From Candidatus Poribacteria bacterium (GTDB lineage Bacteria; Poribacteria; WGA-4E; PCPOR2b), in assembly GCA_965208325.1 (NCBI GenBank), contig OZ242326.1, forward strand, positions 1,632,001 through 1,696,000: a DNA stretch of 64,000 nucleotides, in the 5' to 3' direction. Below the pieces are notes generated by a model that had not been told where the DNA came from, made no database searches, and saw only the letters and a list, made by a program, of their open reading frames with translations. A program made the translations under genes and the position numbers. Positions 39,691 to 51,000 of the stretch are shown here, in pieces. The number at the start of each line of letters is the position of its first letter. The stretch's first letter is position 1.

Positions 39691-41103
39691 CTACCACCGT
39701 TCATCAGCAATCCTGGCGCCAGGCATGATAAAGTGTTCCGCCATTGTCGCTTCGGCGACGCGGCGCTGAAAGTAATCGGTCTCGCTACTCATTGACGTAA
39801 CCCCGCCAATGACGTAAACCATGGCGTTCAATTGACGGCATACCGCAATCGCCCTACCGGGAGTATATCCGCCCTTGCGTCGGCGGCTGGTTGGTTCATT
39901 AGTTACGATTATCAGGACAAGTTGGCGATTCTCAGGTGTTTCGAGTTTAGGGACGCCTTCCACTATTGCGTCGAGGAGATGTTCATCACCTTCTTTGGGA
40001 AGCCGAAATATCTTCTTGACCTGCTCGGCATCCAACGGCGGTTTTGTCACCACGATTGAACTTTCTCCCCCGCCTACTCGCGCCCAAAACCGGATAAGCC
40101 CAAATCGATAGTCGAGGCCGCTCTCATCAAGGATAGCCACCAATCTATCAACACCTGTACAAATCTCATCAGTATTTGGTTCCATGCTGAAGCTGGAATC
40201 GAAGACGAAGGCAATATCGGAAGGTGACTTCACTGTTTCGACGAAGTGTTCGCCTATGAGTTCGAAAATTCCGCCAATTCTTTGAATCCGCTTATCCAAA
40301 TATGAGGGTGTCGTCCGTACCTGCTGGTATTCGTCAACTGCGTACCATTTCCCGCCGGTTTTCTCCGCCAACTGTAGCTGCGCGGCTTCATTTACTCCAA
40401 TAACATTGATGTGAACATCATCCTGCACACACCGTTCAATAATTTGATTCACAAGCCGCTGTTTTGCATTAGGCACATCCCATTCGGTTTGCAACGGGGA
40501 ATTTGTGACGACAATCATGTGCTTGCCGGCATCCGACCTGAAGTCCAACTCCCTTACTCCCCACATAATCGCCTCAAGTCCATATCCGTTGGATTGATTG
40601 TCCTGAAATTGAGCATGAAAGCCTGTTTGAATCGCACGGAGGTCGTTTCTGAACTGGCTGCCCTCGAATTTCGGATTGACCTGATTTTGAAACCAGACGG
40701 GCGCTATCCGGTAGTCCACCCCCGACTCGCCGAACACATTCAACACATTGTCAAGCTGTGTTTTCATGTCCACAATCGCCGCGGCCATCCTTTCGCCGCG
40801 TTCGATGACAAAGACAAAATCAGCTTTCTTATTCTTATTTTGGCGGCTAGCGCGCCGTGCGATGCCGCGGAGGCTTTTACCGACGTTTACCTTTGTTACC
40901 CTTTCCTCGTCTTTCGGCTCTTTTTTTGGGCTTATCATAACTCGCCGCTTTCTGCGCGGCGGTTGCACTTCCGCTCCGGCAATCGCTGCCAACCCATCAA
41001 CGCCAATCCAGACTGTCAGTATCATTAAAGCCATTCCAGATTTCATTTTGACTGATTTCAACATGTACATTGATGCACTCTCCTTCCGTGCCGCTCTAGT
41101 CAC
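39691..41103 (-). CDS. Secreted protein with two tandem VWA-like domains
   Basis: Internal duplication (ADFVFVIE / SDIAFVFDSSFSM; ESG(V/L)DYR; I(I/V)VTN); signal-like N-terminus, start uncertain. Confidence 0.75.
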   Translation of the reverse strand: MTRAARKESASMYMLKSVKMKSGMALMILTVWIGVDGLAAIAGAEVQPPRRKRRVMISPKKEPKDEERVTKVNVGKSLRGIARRASRQNKNKKADFVFVIERGERMAAAIVDMKTQLDNVLNVFGESGVDYRIAPVWFQNQVNPKFEGSQFRNDLRAIQTGFHAQFQDNQSNGYGLEAIMWGVRELDFRSDAGKHMIVVTNSPLQTEWDVPNAKQRLVNQIIERCVQDDVHINVIGVNEAAQLQLAEKTGGKWYAVDEYQQVRTTPSYLDKRIQRIGGIFELIGEHFVETVKSPSDIAFVFDSSFSMEPNTDEICTGVDRLVAILDESGLDYRFGLIRFWARVGGGESSIVVTKPPLDAEQVKKIFRLPKEGDEHLLDAIVEGVPKLETPENRQLVLIIVTNEPTSRRRKGGYTPGRAIAVCRQLNAMVYVIGGVTSMSSETDYFQRRVAEATMAEHFIMPGARIADERW

Positions 41104-41198
41104 GGTGATTTACACAGCGTTGATCTGCATTTCCCGTTCGCCGCAGCCACGGAACGCTGATTTTCGATTTCCTGGTTTATTGATCCGACGGTGCAGTC

Positions 41199-43421
41199 CT
41201 ACTTGACAACGACCATCCGCCGTAGCGCGGTGTAATCACCCGCACTGAGTTGGTAGAAATAGGCGCCGCTTGTGACACGTTCTCCGTTTTGGTTCCGGCC
41301 GTCCCAACACGCAGTGCTCGCTTTATCGCGGTAGATTCCCGGTTTTTGATGTCCAATGTCAAGGTTCCGGACAATATGACCGCTCTGATCATAGATGCGC
41401 AAGGTAACGAGCGCATCGCTTGCCAACTGATACGGTATCCAGGTTTCGGGGTTGAACGGATTCGGATAATTCTGCAGCAACGCCGTGCGTTTGATGTTTC
41501 CCAGCGTGGTCACTCGTTGCGCCAAAGGTTTCACTCCAAGTTCCGTTGAACAGGCGAATTCCCATAGCAACACGGTGCCGTCCCGAGACCCGCTAGCCAG
41601 GGTACCACAATCGCGACTGAAAGCAACGCTATAAATCCCCGACGTTCCACCCCGTATAGCTAGCGTATGCCCGGTGCGCGTTTGAATCAGTTCGCCCGTA
41701 TTGGCGTCCCACAAACGAATCGTATCGTCCCAACTGGCGCCACTTGCGATCCTACGTCCATCGGGACTAAACGCAACGCATTCCACCGGACCCGTATGCC
41801 CTGTAATCGTACGTAAGCGTTCTCCCGTATCGGTGTCCAACAATCGAATGGCGTCTACACCCCCACTAGCGATCGTGCTGCCGTCAGGACTGAACGCTAC
41901 GCTATAGACCGCAGGCATAGGCCGGTTTAAATTACGCAAGTGTTTTCCCGTTTCCGCGTTCCATAGACCGATTGTACCGTTAAAACTCCCGGTCGCAATG
42001 GTTGCGCCATCGGGACTGAACGCTATGCTTTGGACAAAAAACACATCCTTGAGCCTTCCTTTTAGTCTCCCCTTATGAGCGTCCCACAGACGGACGGTAG
42101 GGTCCCCACCCCCGCTGGCAATTGTACTTCCATCGGGACTGAACGCAACACTATACACACCACCTCTATGCCCGGCAAGTGTTTGCCGGTGTTCGCCCGT
42201 ATCCGCATCCCACAGACGGACGGTACTGTCCCAACTCCCGCTAGCGACGGTACTTCCATCGGGACTGAACGCAACACTATAAACTAAACTCTTATGCCCG
42301 GTGAGCGTAAGCAGGAGATTTCTGGCATCTATGTCCCACAGACGGATGGTACCATCATGACCGCCGCTTGCGATGGCGCCGCCATCCGGACTAAACGCAA
42401 CCCCATAGATTCCATCAGTGTGCTCGGCGAGCGTCTGACGGTGTTCCCCCGTATCGAAATCCCATAAACGGATGGTATTGTCAAAACTCCCACTGGCGAT
42501 GGTCCTACCATCCGGACTAAACGCAACGGTATAGACCCAATCCGTATGCTCGTTGAGCGTGCGCAGGTGTTTTCCTGTATCGGGCTCCCACAATCGGATG
42601 GTATTGTCAAAACTCCCGCTAGCGATGGTCCTGCCATCCGGACTGAACGCAACGCTGCGGACGCCATCCGTATGGTCCTTGAGTGTTCGCAGGTGTAATC
42701 TCTTATCGGCATCCCACAATCGGATGGTATCGTCTCGACTGCCGCTAGCGATGGTCGCGCCATCCGGACTAAACGTGACGCTATAGACCCAATCTGCGTG
42801 ACCGGTAAGCGTGCGCAAATGTACCCCTGTATCGGACTCCCACAGGCGGATAGTATTGTCCCAACTCCCACTGGCGATTGTACCGCTATCCGGACTGTAT
42901 GCAACGCTACGAACCGCACCCGTATGGCCGGTGAGCGTTCGCAGGTGTTCCCCCGTATCGGCGTCCCACAAACGGATGGTTGCGTTCCCATTCCCGCTAG
43001 CGACGGTGCTGCCGTCTGGACTAAACGCAACACTATAAACACTAGATTTATTCCGTGTGAGCGTTCGCAGGTGTTCTCCGGTATCGGAATCCCACAGACG
43101 AATGCTGCCGTCCACACTCCCACTGGCCATGGTGCTGCCTTCGGGACTGAACGCAATGCTCCAGACCAAACTCGTGTGCCCGGTGAGAAGGGCAACCTCT
43201 TCATGCGTCGCCGTATCGTAAAGCCAAACGCCGATACTGCCGGCGACCGCTAGCCGAGTACCGTCGGGCGAATACTGAATTTCACTTATCCTACCTTTGC
43301 CGAGGCGTGCTATAGCGCCGTCGGGTAAGGCAAATTCCGATGAATCTTGGGCGAAACTGGGGGGAAAACACGGAGCAAAAACGAGCAACAGAGTAAAAAT
43401 GAAATACATTGCTTTCATCAT
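41199..43421 (-). CDS. Secreted WD40 repeat protein (about 14 repeats) with C-terminal FlgD-Ig/T9SS-like tail
   Basis: Signal peptide, LPDGAIARLGKG cap, repeats of V.SVAFSPDG.TIASGS.D.TIRLWD, tail LLQNYPNPFNPETWIPYQL...WDGRN..GE.V.SG.YFY. Confidence 0.95.
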   Translation of the reverse strand: MMKAMYFIFTLLLVFAPCFPPSFAQDSSEFALPDGAIARLGKGRISEIQYSPDGTRLAVAGSIGVWLYDTATHEEVALLTGHTSLVWSIAFSPEGSTMASGSVDGSIRLWDSDTGEHLRTLTRNKSSVYSVAFSPDGSTVASGNGNATIRLWDADTGEHLRTLTGHTGAVRSVAYSPDSGTIASGSWDNTIRLWESDTGVHLRTLTGHADWVYSVTFSPDGATIASGSRDDTIRLWDADKRLHLRTLKDHTDGVRSVAFSPDGRTIASGSFDNTIRLWEPDTGKHLRTLNEHTDWVYTVAFSPDGRTIASGSFDNTIRLWDFDTGEHRQTLAEHTDGIYGVAFSPDGGAIASGGHDGTIRLWDIDARNLLLTLTGHKSLVYSVAFSPDGSTVASGSWDSTVRLWDADTGEHRQTLAGHRGGVYSVAFSPDGSTIASGGGDPTVRLWDAHKGRLKGRLKDVFFVQSIAFSPDGATIATGSFNGTIGLWNAETGKHLRNLNRPMPAVYSVAFSPDGSTIASGGVDAIRLLDTDTGERLRTITGHTGPVECVAFSPDGRRIASGASWDDTIRLWDANTGELIQTRTGHTLAIRGGTSGIYSVAFSRDCGTLASGSRDGTVLLWEFACSTELGVKPLAQRVTTLGNIKRTALLQNYPNPFNPETWIPYQLASDALVTLRIYDQSGHIVRNLDIGHQKPGIYRDKASTACWDGRNQNGERVTSGAYFYQLSAGDYTALRRMVVVK

Positions 43422-43546
43422 CGGATTAATCCTCCATGTTTGCGTTCAGGGAGTCTAATTTTGAAAAATTCCGCACCGGCATGATACAAGTGAGGCGTTC
43501 ATTGGATATTCGAGCAAAATCGTTGGTTGACTGTTCATTGCAAATC

Positions 43547-44404
43547 TCAGTGTAATACGTTCGCCTTAATGGCACCCCAAGCGGCAGCAGATTTCCTATC
43601 GGGATGAACAGCCAACACCCCCAAAACTCCTTTGACACCGCCTTCGAAGTGTTTTGTAATTTCATCAGCGGTGAAGGCTCGCTTCGCAATCAGGACTTCG
43701 TCCAACAGTCCATCCATCGCAATGGGTCTTTCCGCCCAACCGATTGTGACCGGTGCGTTAATGAATTCTGCCATATCCTCGTCCAATTCGTGGGGGTCAA
43801 TAAAATCCTCACTCCGATTTATTTCTTTGCCATCGACGTACGTCTTGGTCAGGTGCCTTTCTCGGACCACAGCGAAATGGCGCCATGCCTTAGGTTTCGC
43901 ATTCCAATCGCCGGATCCAAGATGTCCGCTACTGATAAAATTTATGCCACTGTCTCCATTAATAACGACAGTAGAATGTAAACCGAGGCTAGTTAGGGCG
44001 GGATTTGAGCCGGGGAGGTTTACTCCAAGAATCCACTTGTTCACATCCCCTCGGCCTTCGTCCTGCGCTATGAACGCATGTTGCCCGACAGTTTCATTCA
44101 GGTTAAACCACACAGCAAGCGTATAATCTGATTTAAAAAGGCTCAGACTTTCATCGTTTCCGGCGTCCACATAACCAACCGGTTCAAGCTGAACGGCGTT
44201 TCCGAATTTACCTTTTCCCCATTTTGCGTTTCTCTTAAACGTGCCGTGGTTTCCGTGAGGAGAGAGGTCTTTGGTAGTTTCGCCCCTGCCTTCATCAAAC
44301 GGCATTGCGAGCACAATGTCTCTGTCAACGATTGTATCGGCTTCTCCAACGCCGCACGCGCCGACCACACCGATTATCAGTAACGCCGAAACTAACGTTT
44401 TCAT
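43547..44404 (-). CDS. Secreted LamG/concanavalin-like domain protein
   Basis: FDEG.G...KDLS..GNHG, GKFG.A, W.H.AVV, YVDG, G.LDEV; tail AVHPDRKSAAAWGAIK; GGAGGA RBS. Confidence 0.88.
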   Translation of the reverse strand: MKTLVSALLIIGVVGACGVGEADTIVDRDIVLAMPFDEGRGETTKDLSPHGNHGTFKRNAKWGKGKFGNAVQLEPVGYVDAGNDESLSLFKSDYTLAVWFNLNETVGQHAFIAQDEGRGDVNKWILGVNLPGSNPALTSLGLHSTVVINGDSGINFISSGHLGSGDWNAKPKAWRHFAVVRERHLTKTYVDGKEINRSEDFIDPHELDEDMAEFINAPVTIGWAERPIAMDGLLDEVLIAKRAFTADEITKHFEGGVKGVLGVLAVHPDRKSAAAWGAIKANVLH

Positions 44405-44502
44405 TAGTCATTCCTCCTACTCGGATTAATCTGTACGAATCTCTTCAATACCGTGCCGAATAAAGACAGACTGAAACATGAAGTATTGACATTGGGATAA
44501 GA

Positions 44503-44518
44503 GCAAAATATGTGCCAA
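44503..44518 (-). promoter_or_regulatory. Sigma-54 (-24/-12) promoter upstream of the LamG gene
   Basis: Minus strand TTGGCAC-ATATT-TTGC, an exact match to the TGGCAC-N5-TTGC consensus, ~100 nt upstream of the start. Confidence 0.75.
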
Positions 44519-44608
44519 CGGATAACCCAATTCAATTTTTGGGCATGGTATGTCTGATGAATCAATGCACATTAGTAATTTAAGTCACTCCATCTAGTGG
44601 ATCGGTGC

Positions 44609-44626
44609 TTGCACCAAACGGTGCAA
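44609..44626. promoter_or_regulatory. Palindromic candidate enhancer (bEBP) binding site
   Basis: TTGCACC-AAAC-GGTGCAA, ~100 bp upstream of the sigma-54 promoter; NtrC-box-like half-sites with a 4-nt spacer. Confidence 0.5.
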
Positions 44627-44833
44627 AAAAAAACGAACTTTTGGACTTTTTCGTGCGCCTCGGAAAATTTCGGATTCATTGAGACAACCCAACACTTTTT
44701 CCAAAGTGCCGATTCTCATCGCTAGTGAAAACGAACGAATAACGATTATCTGTCAGAAGAATATCAAAAGGGCTTGAAGCAATTTTGCTACGTCTTGATA
44801 CTAGAATGATACACGAGTAGATCTAGCAGTATT

Positions 44834-45022
44834 TGTAGGTTGGGTTAAGCGGGGGTTAAGGGAAACACTCAAAAATGCCGAGCGCGTTTTTTTTTATTAT
44901 GTTGTCAGTTTTGAATGAGGTAGCGTGACCCAAAGTTTTTCATAATTGGGGTACTTTCGTAGAACAGAGTCGCATCGCATTTGAGAATTGTAATTAGGCT
45001 ATTCCGCCTAACCCAACCTACA
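44834..45022. repeat. REP-doublet/MITE-like element with 19-bp terminal inverted repeats
   Basis: TGTAGGTTGGGTTAAGCGG ... CCGCCTAACCCAACCTACA (18/19 complementary); related end GCTCAACCCGACCTACA near 57473-57489. Confidence 0.7.
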
Positions 45023-45093
45023 TTAGCTATCTACAATTAAAACCTGTGCAATGGTCATAAACTTTCTTTGGAAGCGTTCAACTCCACCAACTC

Positions 45094-48000
45094 TTACGGC
45101 GGGGATTCTAAGATTAGAAGGCCTAAATTGCTCGGAAAGGTGGGTTCTGTCCCGGGTATTTGGGACGCCCAGTAGACCGCCTGATCGTCTGAGCGGTGAA
45201 TCACAAAGTTAAATCCGATACGGCTGTTTCTTTTGGTTTTCAGGGGATCGAAACCGCGAAGGACTGGGAAAAATGGGATGCGCGCCTCAATCATATAGTA
45301 ATTGGATTCCTGCCTTACCGCGACATCGAAGCCCTTCGCTTGGTAATTAAAAACCTGTTCTGGTGTCCACTGTCCAATGTAAGGCTGATCGCCCTTGAAA
45401 CCTGCGCCTTTCGGACAGATCCAGAGGATAAATCGGTTCGGTTCGGTTCCGGTTTGTAGGTAGGTCGGTTTGCTCCCGCCGCCGGGGTGAAGGTCGAAAT
45501 GTAATTCTAATGCGTCCGCATCCTCGTAATATTTAGTTGGGTCCGGAGCGTCCACGGCATCATCGTAGATTTGCGCCAGCACATAAAGCGAGTCCTTGCC
45601 CCACAGCAACCAGAGAAATCCTTCGTCCTGCGGGGTTCGAAGCGTCTTTTCCAGCGGCCATTGGTCATCCAGGCCGTCAATGAGCATCGGTCTGCTCGTG
45701 TACGGCGCTCGGGAAATCAGGTTCGCGCGGCAACTCGCGTATATTCCCACGTTTGTTTCTCCCGTGTCGATTAATGCATCCGTATAAGTCGCCGTCAAAG
45801 TTTCCCCGCCGACCAATTTGAGACCATTGTCGATTTCAGTTTTCCCGTACTGTGTTGACACCGATCCTCGAAAAATGTGCGAATTAGCATTTTCTTCAAC
45901 TAACGAGAGGACGATTGCTTGCGCGCCGGCACTGACCTGTATTGTTGTTGATTCGACGACGAAGGCGTCCAGATTCAGGTCGCCGTCCTCTAGTTGGAAG
46001 TACAACCGACTCCCCGGGTTAAAGTAACGTATAATTGTACCGTCCCGCCGGGTAATCATTAGGCGCCCTCGGACACCCTTATTGACGTAAGCGCGGTCTT
46101 CGACAGCAACAGCGTTGGCAAATGGAATGCCAGACGTGTACACTGCGCGAATCTCTTCGTCGCCTTGCACATCGAGTGTACCATCGGCGACCGGCGTTGT
46201 GCCGAACCGTGTCGGAATGGATGCGGTGAAGACGCCTTCAGCTTCCGGAATCGCCTTAAGCACCACCTCAGCTTTATCGTTAGTCTTGTTCCCGGTGACG
46301 GCAACCTTAATCGAATCTTCGCCAGTTACCGCACTGAGAAACAGATCTTCCAACCAGAAGTAGATTGTCTCGCCGGCGTTAAAATTTCCGAGTTCATGAG
46401 CGGCGACAGAATGCCTTGCTCCGAATTGTGAAGGTGCTCTTTCTATGGCATTTCGATTTACAATCCGCAGAATTCCCGCGCTGCTGCTCAATACAACCGC
46501 CTGCGCTTGGATTGACACGTTAGTTTCGCCGGTAGCGGTGATTTCATCCGTATACACTACCCTAATTACCTCTTTATCTTTCACGTGTAGGATGTCATCG
46601 GTCCTGTCGGCGGCTGAATTTGCGTCCGCGTTATTGGTGTCAGGAGAATCCGCTGCCTGCCGCGTTTGTAGAAACGCATCAAATGCCGCACTATTCGCGC
46701 TCGTCTCCCATAAGATGAGTTGAACCTCATCCGTGTTCCCGGAGGCGGTTACCAGAGCGGCGTCGACCTGTGCCGGGGAGTTGTCCAAATCTTTATCTCG
46801 CAACTGAATGCGTAGTTTTGCTCCGGCGTTGAAGCTTCCGGCGAAGAGCGTTCGGGCGAGAATTTTACCGCTTTCTGCGTCAATAATCTCCAAATCCCCA
46901 GTATTCCCGGTTTCGACCGAAAGCGCAACACTGACAGGGACTTGAGCCGCACCGGTGTCTTGCAGGGCATCGGTATAAATACATGTCACAATTCCTTCAC
47001 CCTGCACCTGCAGGATGTCATCCTCCGGTATCGAAACTGTTCCATAATCCGTTTGCACTTCGCCGCGAAAAACGCCAGGCCTTCCCGTCACCTCATCCAT
47101 AATCACGCGAACAGTGTCTCGAATCTTGTTTTCGGCAAAATCGGATTCAGATATTTGCGCCGCAGCAGTGGCAGTATTGATATCGGCGTCCTGCATCTCC
47201 AGAATCAGCGTATCACCAGCTCGAAACCCAAAAATTTCTACGTTATCCGCCGCGTCCGGTCCAAAGTTATTCTCGTTATAGACCTTAAGCGTTCCCGTAG
47301 TCCCAATCGCTGCCGTGCAATCGTCTGAAACCTCAATATCAGTTTCGCCAGTGGAACGCAGCGCATCAATATAGATTGCTTGAACTGATTCCGTCCCCTG
47401 CACCTGCAATTTGCCATCGCCTACCGTTGCCTCGGTGTCATAGGCGGTTTCGATAGAACCGAACAGCGTTCCTCCAGCGGCGTACCGTGCATCGCCTCCG
47501 GCGGGAATGGGAGTTAGCTGCACGTCTTCTCGGTCGCTCAGATTATGCCCCGTAAGTACAATCCGCACCGAATCATCAAACAGGTCACCATCGCGGAGAC
47601 GAAAATGAAGTTTGCTTCCGGCGTTGAAGCTACTCAGATTCGTCAAGTAATTCGATTTAACAATCTCTATGATGCCATCGACTCCGGCGCTGACGTGCAT
47701 CATATCTGTGATGACTACGTCCGTCGCGCCGGAAGCCTGCAGGGCGTCCACATAACTGAGGGTAACCACCGCATTGCCGACAACTTCAAGAATATCGTTG
47801 GAGGGATCGGCGTGCACCGCATATCGCGTTGGGCATAGTTCGGCGAATTCACCGGAATTTTCGGTGGTCTCTTTCAGCGTCAATGTGCGCTGATCGGCGG
47901 TCAGATCGCTGCTCAAGTTGACCTCAACAAACTCCCGCGTCTGATCGTTTTGGTTTAAATCTGTGTCCTTTAACCAAATGGAGAGCGGATGCCCTGCCTT

Positions 48001-51000
48001 GAAAAACTTACGGTTGCCGAGGACATTTGATTCCGCTTCACCGCTGTTTACACGCCCTGAACCCAATTCAAGCCGCGTGGTCACTCCGGTTTTTACGCTT
48101 GTTTCGGCATGGACTGGTACGTTCGTTTTCCCGGTCGCTTGGATGCCGTCCACGTAAGACGCCCTCACAATTTGCATGCCAATGGCTTGCAGCACACCGT
48201 TGTTCGGATTGGGCGTCTCGCTGTAGGCGGTCTGCATTGTCCCAATGAAACTGTTGCTATCCGGTTGATGAGTGAGTTTTGCTGTCTCAATCTCTTCCGT
48301 TTTAGGAACAGTAAGCGTTACTTCAACCGTCCTCGGCTCTGAAGCGCACGGGTTATTTTGCTTGACTAAATCCGCATCTTGTACTCGCAGGTAAATTGTA
48401 TCGCCAATGCTAATCTCTTCGAGCAATTCCCCGGACTTTTTTATGATTGAAATCGTTCCGGTTGATCCTGTGTTGACTGTGGCTGAATTAGTTACGGTAT
48501 ACGTACGCTGCGTACTGCTGTAATAGGGGTCAAAATATTTGACTGTAACTTTGTCCTCGCCGCGGACGAAAAAGACAGAAGATTCCGCGTCTTCAATCTT
48601 CACTTCTCCTTCGTGATAGGCAGTTGGGACTATCGCGGCGAAGGTGGCACGGTTGCGCGCCATGTCGTTATCCGGATTTTCGTCTAGCAACAGCGTGGGA
48701 TTTGCCTCATTCAGCGTAACCGAAAGCGTCTGTTTTGTTCGTTCATTGCGCAATTCGGCTAGGACGGATTCCGGTTGATGGCGATCGGTGTTTCTGTCCG
48801 CATCCCATATACAAATGACGAGCCGGTCGCCAGCGTTAAAATTCGTAATCGGACGAGGTGGCTTCTGACCCAGAAATGCAATTCGTCCGCTAATTCGGTC
48901 CACAAGTTCGACAGTATTCCAACGATTCGGCGGTGCATTGAGATTGGATGTCCCATACGAAAACCAGCCAGCGGGATGGTTTGTTAACTTGATGTTTGCC
49001 ATGACGTAATTGAACCCAAGGGACTTGTCTACGTGGGGATCGAACCCGTTCAATACTAGCGCCTTGGGAATTCTTGCTTCGAGAGTATATCCGTTCTCTG
49101 TTTTGGAGACGTTCGCTTCAATCTCTTTGCGGTCGTAAATATTGTGCCGGATTGCATCGAGGTGATGGTGAATCTGTGAAGGCTGCACTTGCGGCTGAGA
49201 CTCATGTGTATTAAGGAGAGTAAAAACAAAATGGTGATCGCTGTCTTTGTACATTCCCGGCGATCTGTTGAGGGCGGTATCAACAAAAAGATGCAGTGCT
49301 TCCGAATCGTCCCGCGCCGCATTATCCTGTATTGGGGAGTAAAGGGGGTTGCGTATTCGCTGATTGACAATTGCAGCCACATAAAGGTTGTCATCGTCCC
49401 ACTGCGAATAAAGCGATATCGGAGAATCCGCAGAAGTTTTGTAGTTCTGCGGAAGCATCGGATAGAGGGTAGGCCATTCACTCACCTTGCCGTCAACTAC
49501 AACCTTTTCACTGACGCGAATCGATTTGCCAATGGTTTCGTCCGATTGATTAGACAACTGCGCGGACGACACATCCATTGTTTCGCGCGCTTCTAAGAGA
49601 ACAACCTCTGATACCACCGCATTGGGGCCCGCCAAGCGGTTGAAACTGAACGCAATTTTACCGTCGGCGTAGGCGTTTACCGGTATTGCGTAGGTGCGAG
49701 ATTCTGCCGTCCCACGCGGGATTTCAAGCGCATCGTGCAGGATAAAACCATCAACCGTTAGGTTTTGAACGCGCTGCCCGTCGTTTTTTTGCAGATAGGT
49801 TACTCTTACCCAATAAAAAAAGGACGGGTGTAATTCAGCATACCTGATTTTTACCGCGTCATAGTGGTAAGCGAAGCTTCGCTGTCCGAGCGTATTGCCC
49901 AAATTGACTTTATCCGCCTCGTTGCCCGCTGGCAAAAAATAGCGGTTTTCGTCTTCCGTATCCCGATCAAACGCAAAACCTTGCTCCAGGTGCGGCGCGA
50001 AGGTATTGTCATCGAATCCAAGATTTTCGTGGTGCATTTGAACCGCGTTGTAATCGCTCAGCGGCCGATTAACCGGGCGCACCGGTCGATAGTCGTCGGT
50101 AAAAACTTCAAATTCTCGTATCTCCGGATAATCGCCGTACCAATCGCCGTGTTCGATGCGCATACGGATATACCGCGCTGTAACGGGCGAACTAAACAGT
50201 TGAAAATCTGTTACGGTGTCGTCGGGAAGACTTTCGGAGGTGTAGTGTTCTGTGTAACGCTGCCCGTCAACACTGGTTAAAACCCGATAGCGCCTGACGT
50301 TGTTCCCGGGACCGTCGGTTGTTAAACGGATGCCGTAAATTTTTTGCACTTCTCTCAAACTGCCCGTAACCACCACCGCACTAGACGGCGATTTGAATGA
50401 GATTTCTTTCCAAATGTTTTCTCCTTCTTCAACTGTTTTCTCTATCCGCTGTGCGCCGACCCATTTCGAGGTTTCATAAGGGAGGAAATCTATAAGATTG
50501 TTGAGTTCGACGGAATTGTAATTGCTATCAATTTCCAGAAGCGGGTTGTGGGATTGGTAGCGCACGCCGACGCGGAAATCATCGCTTCTCAATTCCGGTT
50601 TGTTACTGAACCAATCGTTAATGACTACCTGCACCCAACGCGCTTCGGCAGGAATAGAGAGGGAATGGAGCGGGCTGGTATATTCGCGTGAACTGCCGAT
50701 GTAGGAAAACGCGCGTTCGAAACGCTCTTTTGTCCGCACGGTATCAACGAGCAAATCGAAGCGTTTTGGACCACTCTCATCAGCATCTTCGAAGGGTATG
50801 TTCGCTCTATCGATTTTATAGACGAATCCTAAATCAAATGTCTCAACAATCGGATCCGCACGCAGAATATCCGTGTAGTGGAGAGGTTCATTCTCGAGTC
50901 GGCGCACGGGTTCGATGAACCGTTGGTTCTTATCAGACGCAGCATCTTCGCGCGGATAAAAGAGGAATCCGAGCAACACAGCAGCGCCGCCGAGAAGGAT

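Noticed and set aside
42329..43204. Long alternative-frame and antisense ORFs over repeat genes (also 11150..11884 and 40411..41028)
   Set aside because: Shadow ORFs of well-supported coding genes, explained by repeat periodicity and codon bias.
41570..43290. Regular ~126-bp DNA repeats as a possible CRISPR array or DGR template
   Set aside because: They are in-frame WD40 coding repeats with no repeat-spacer structure, and there are no cas or reverse transcriptase genes in the window.
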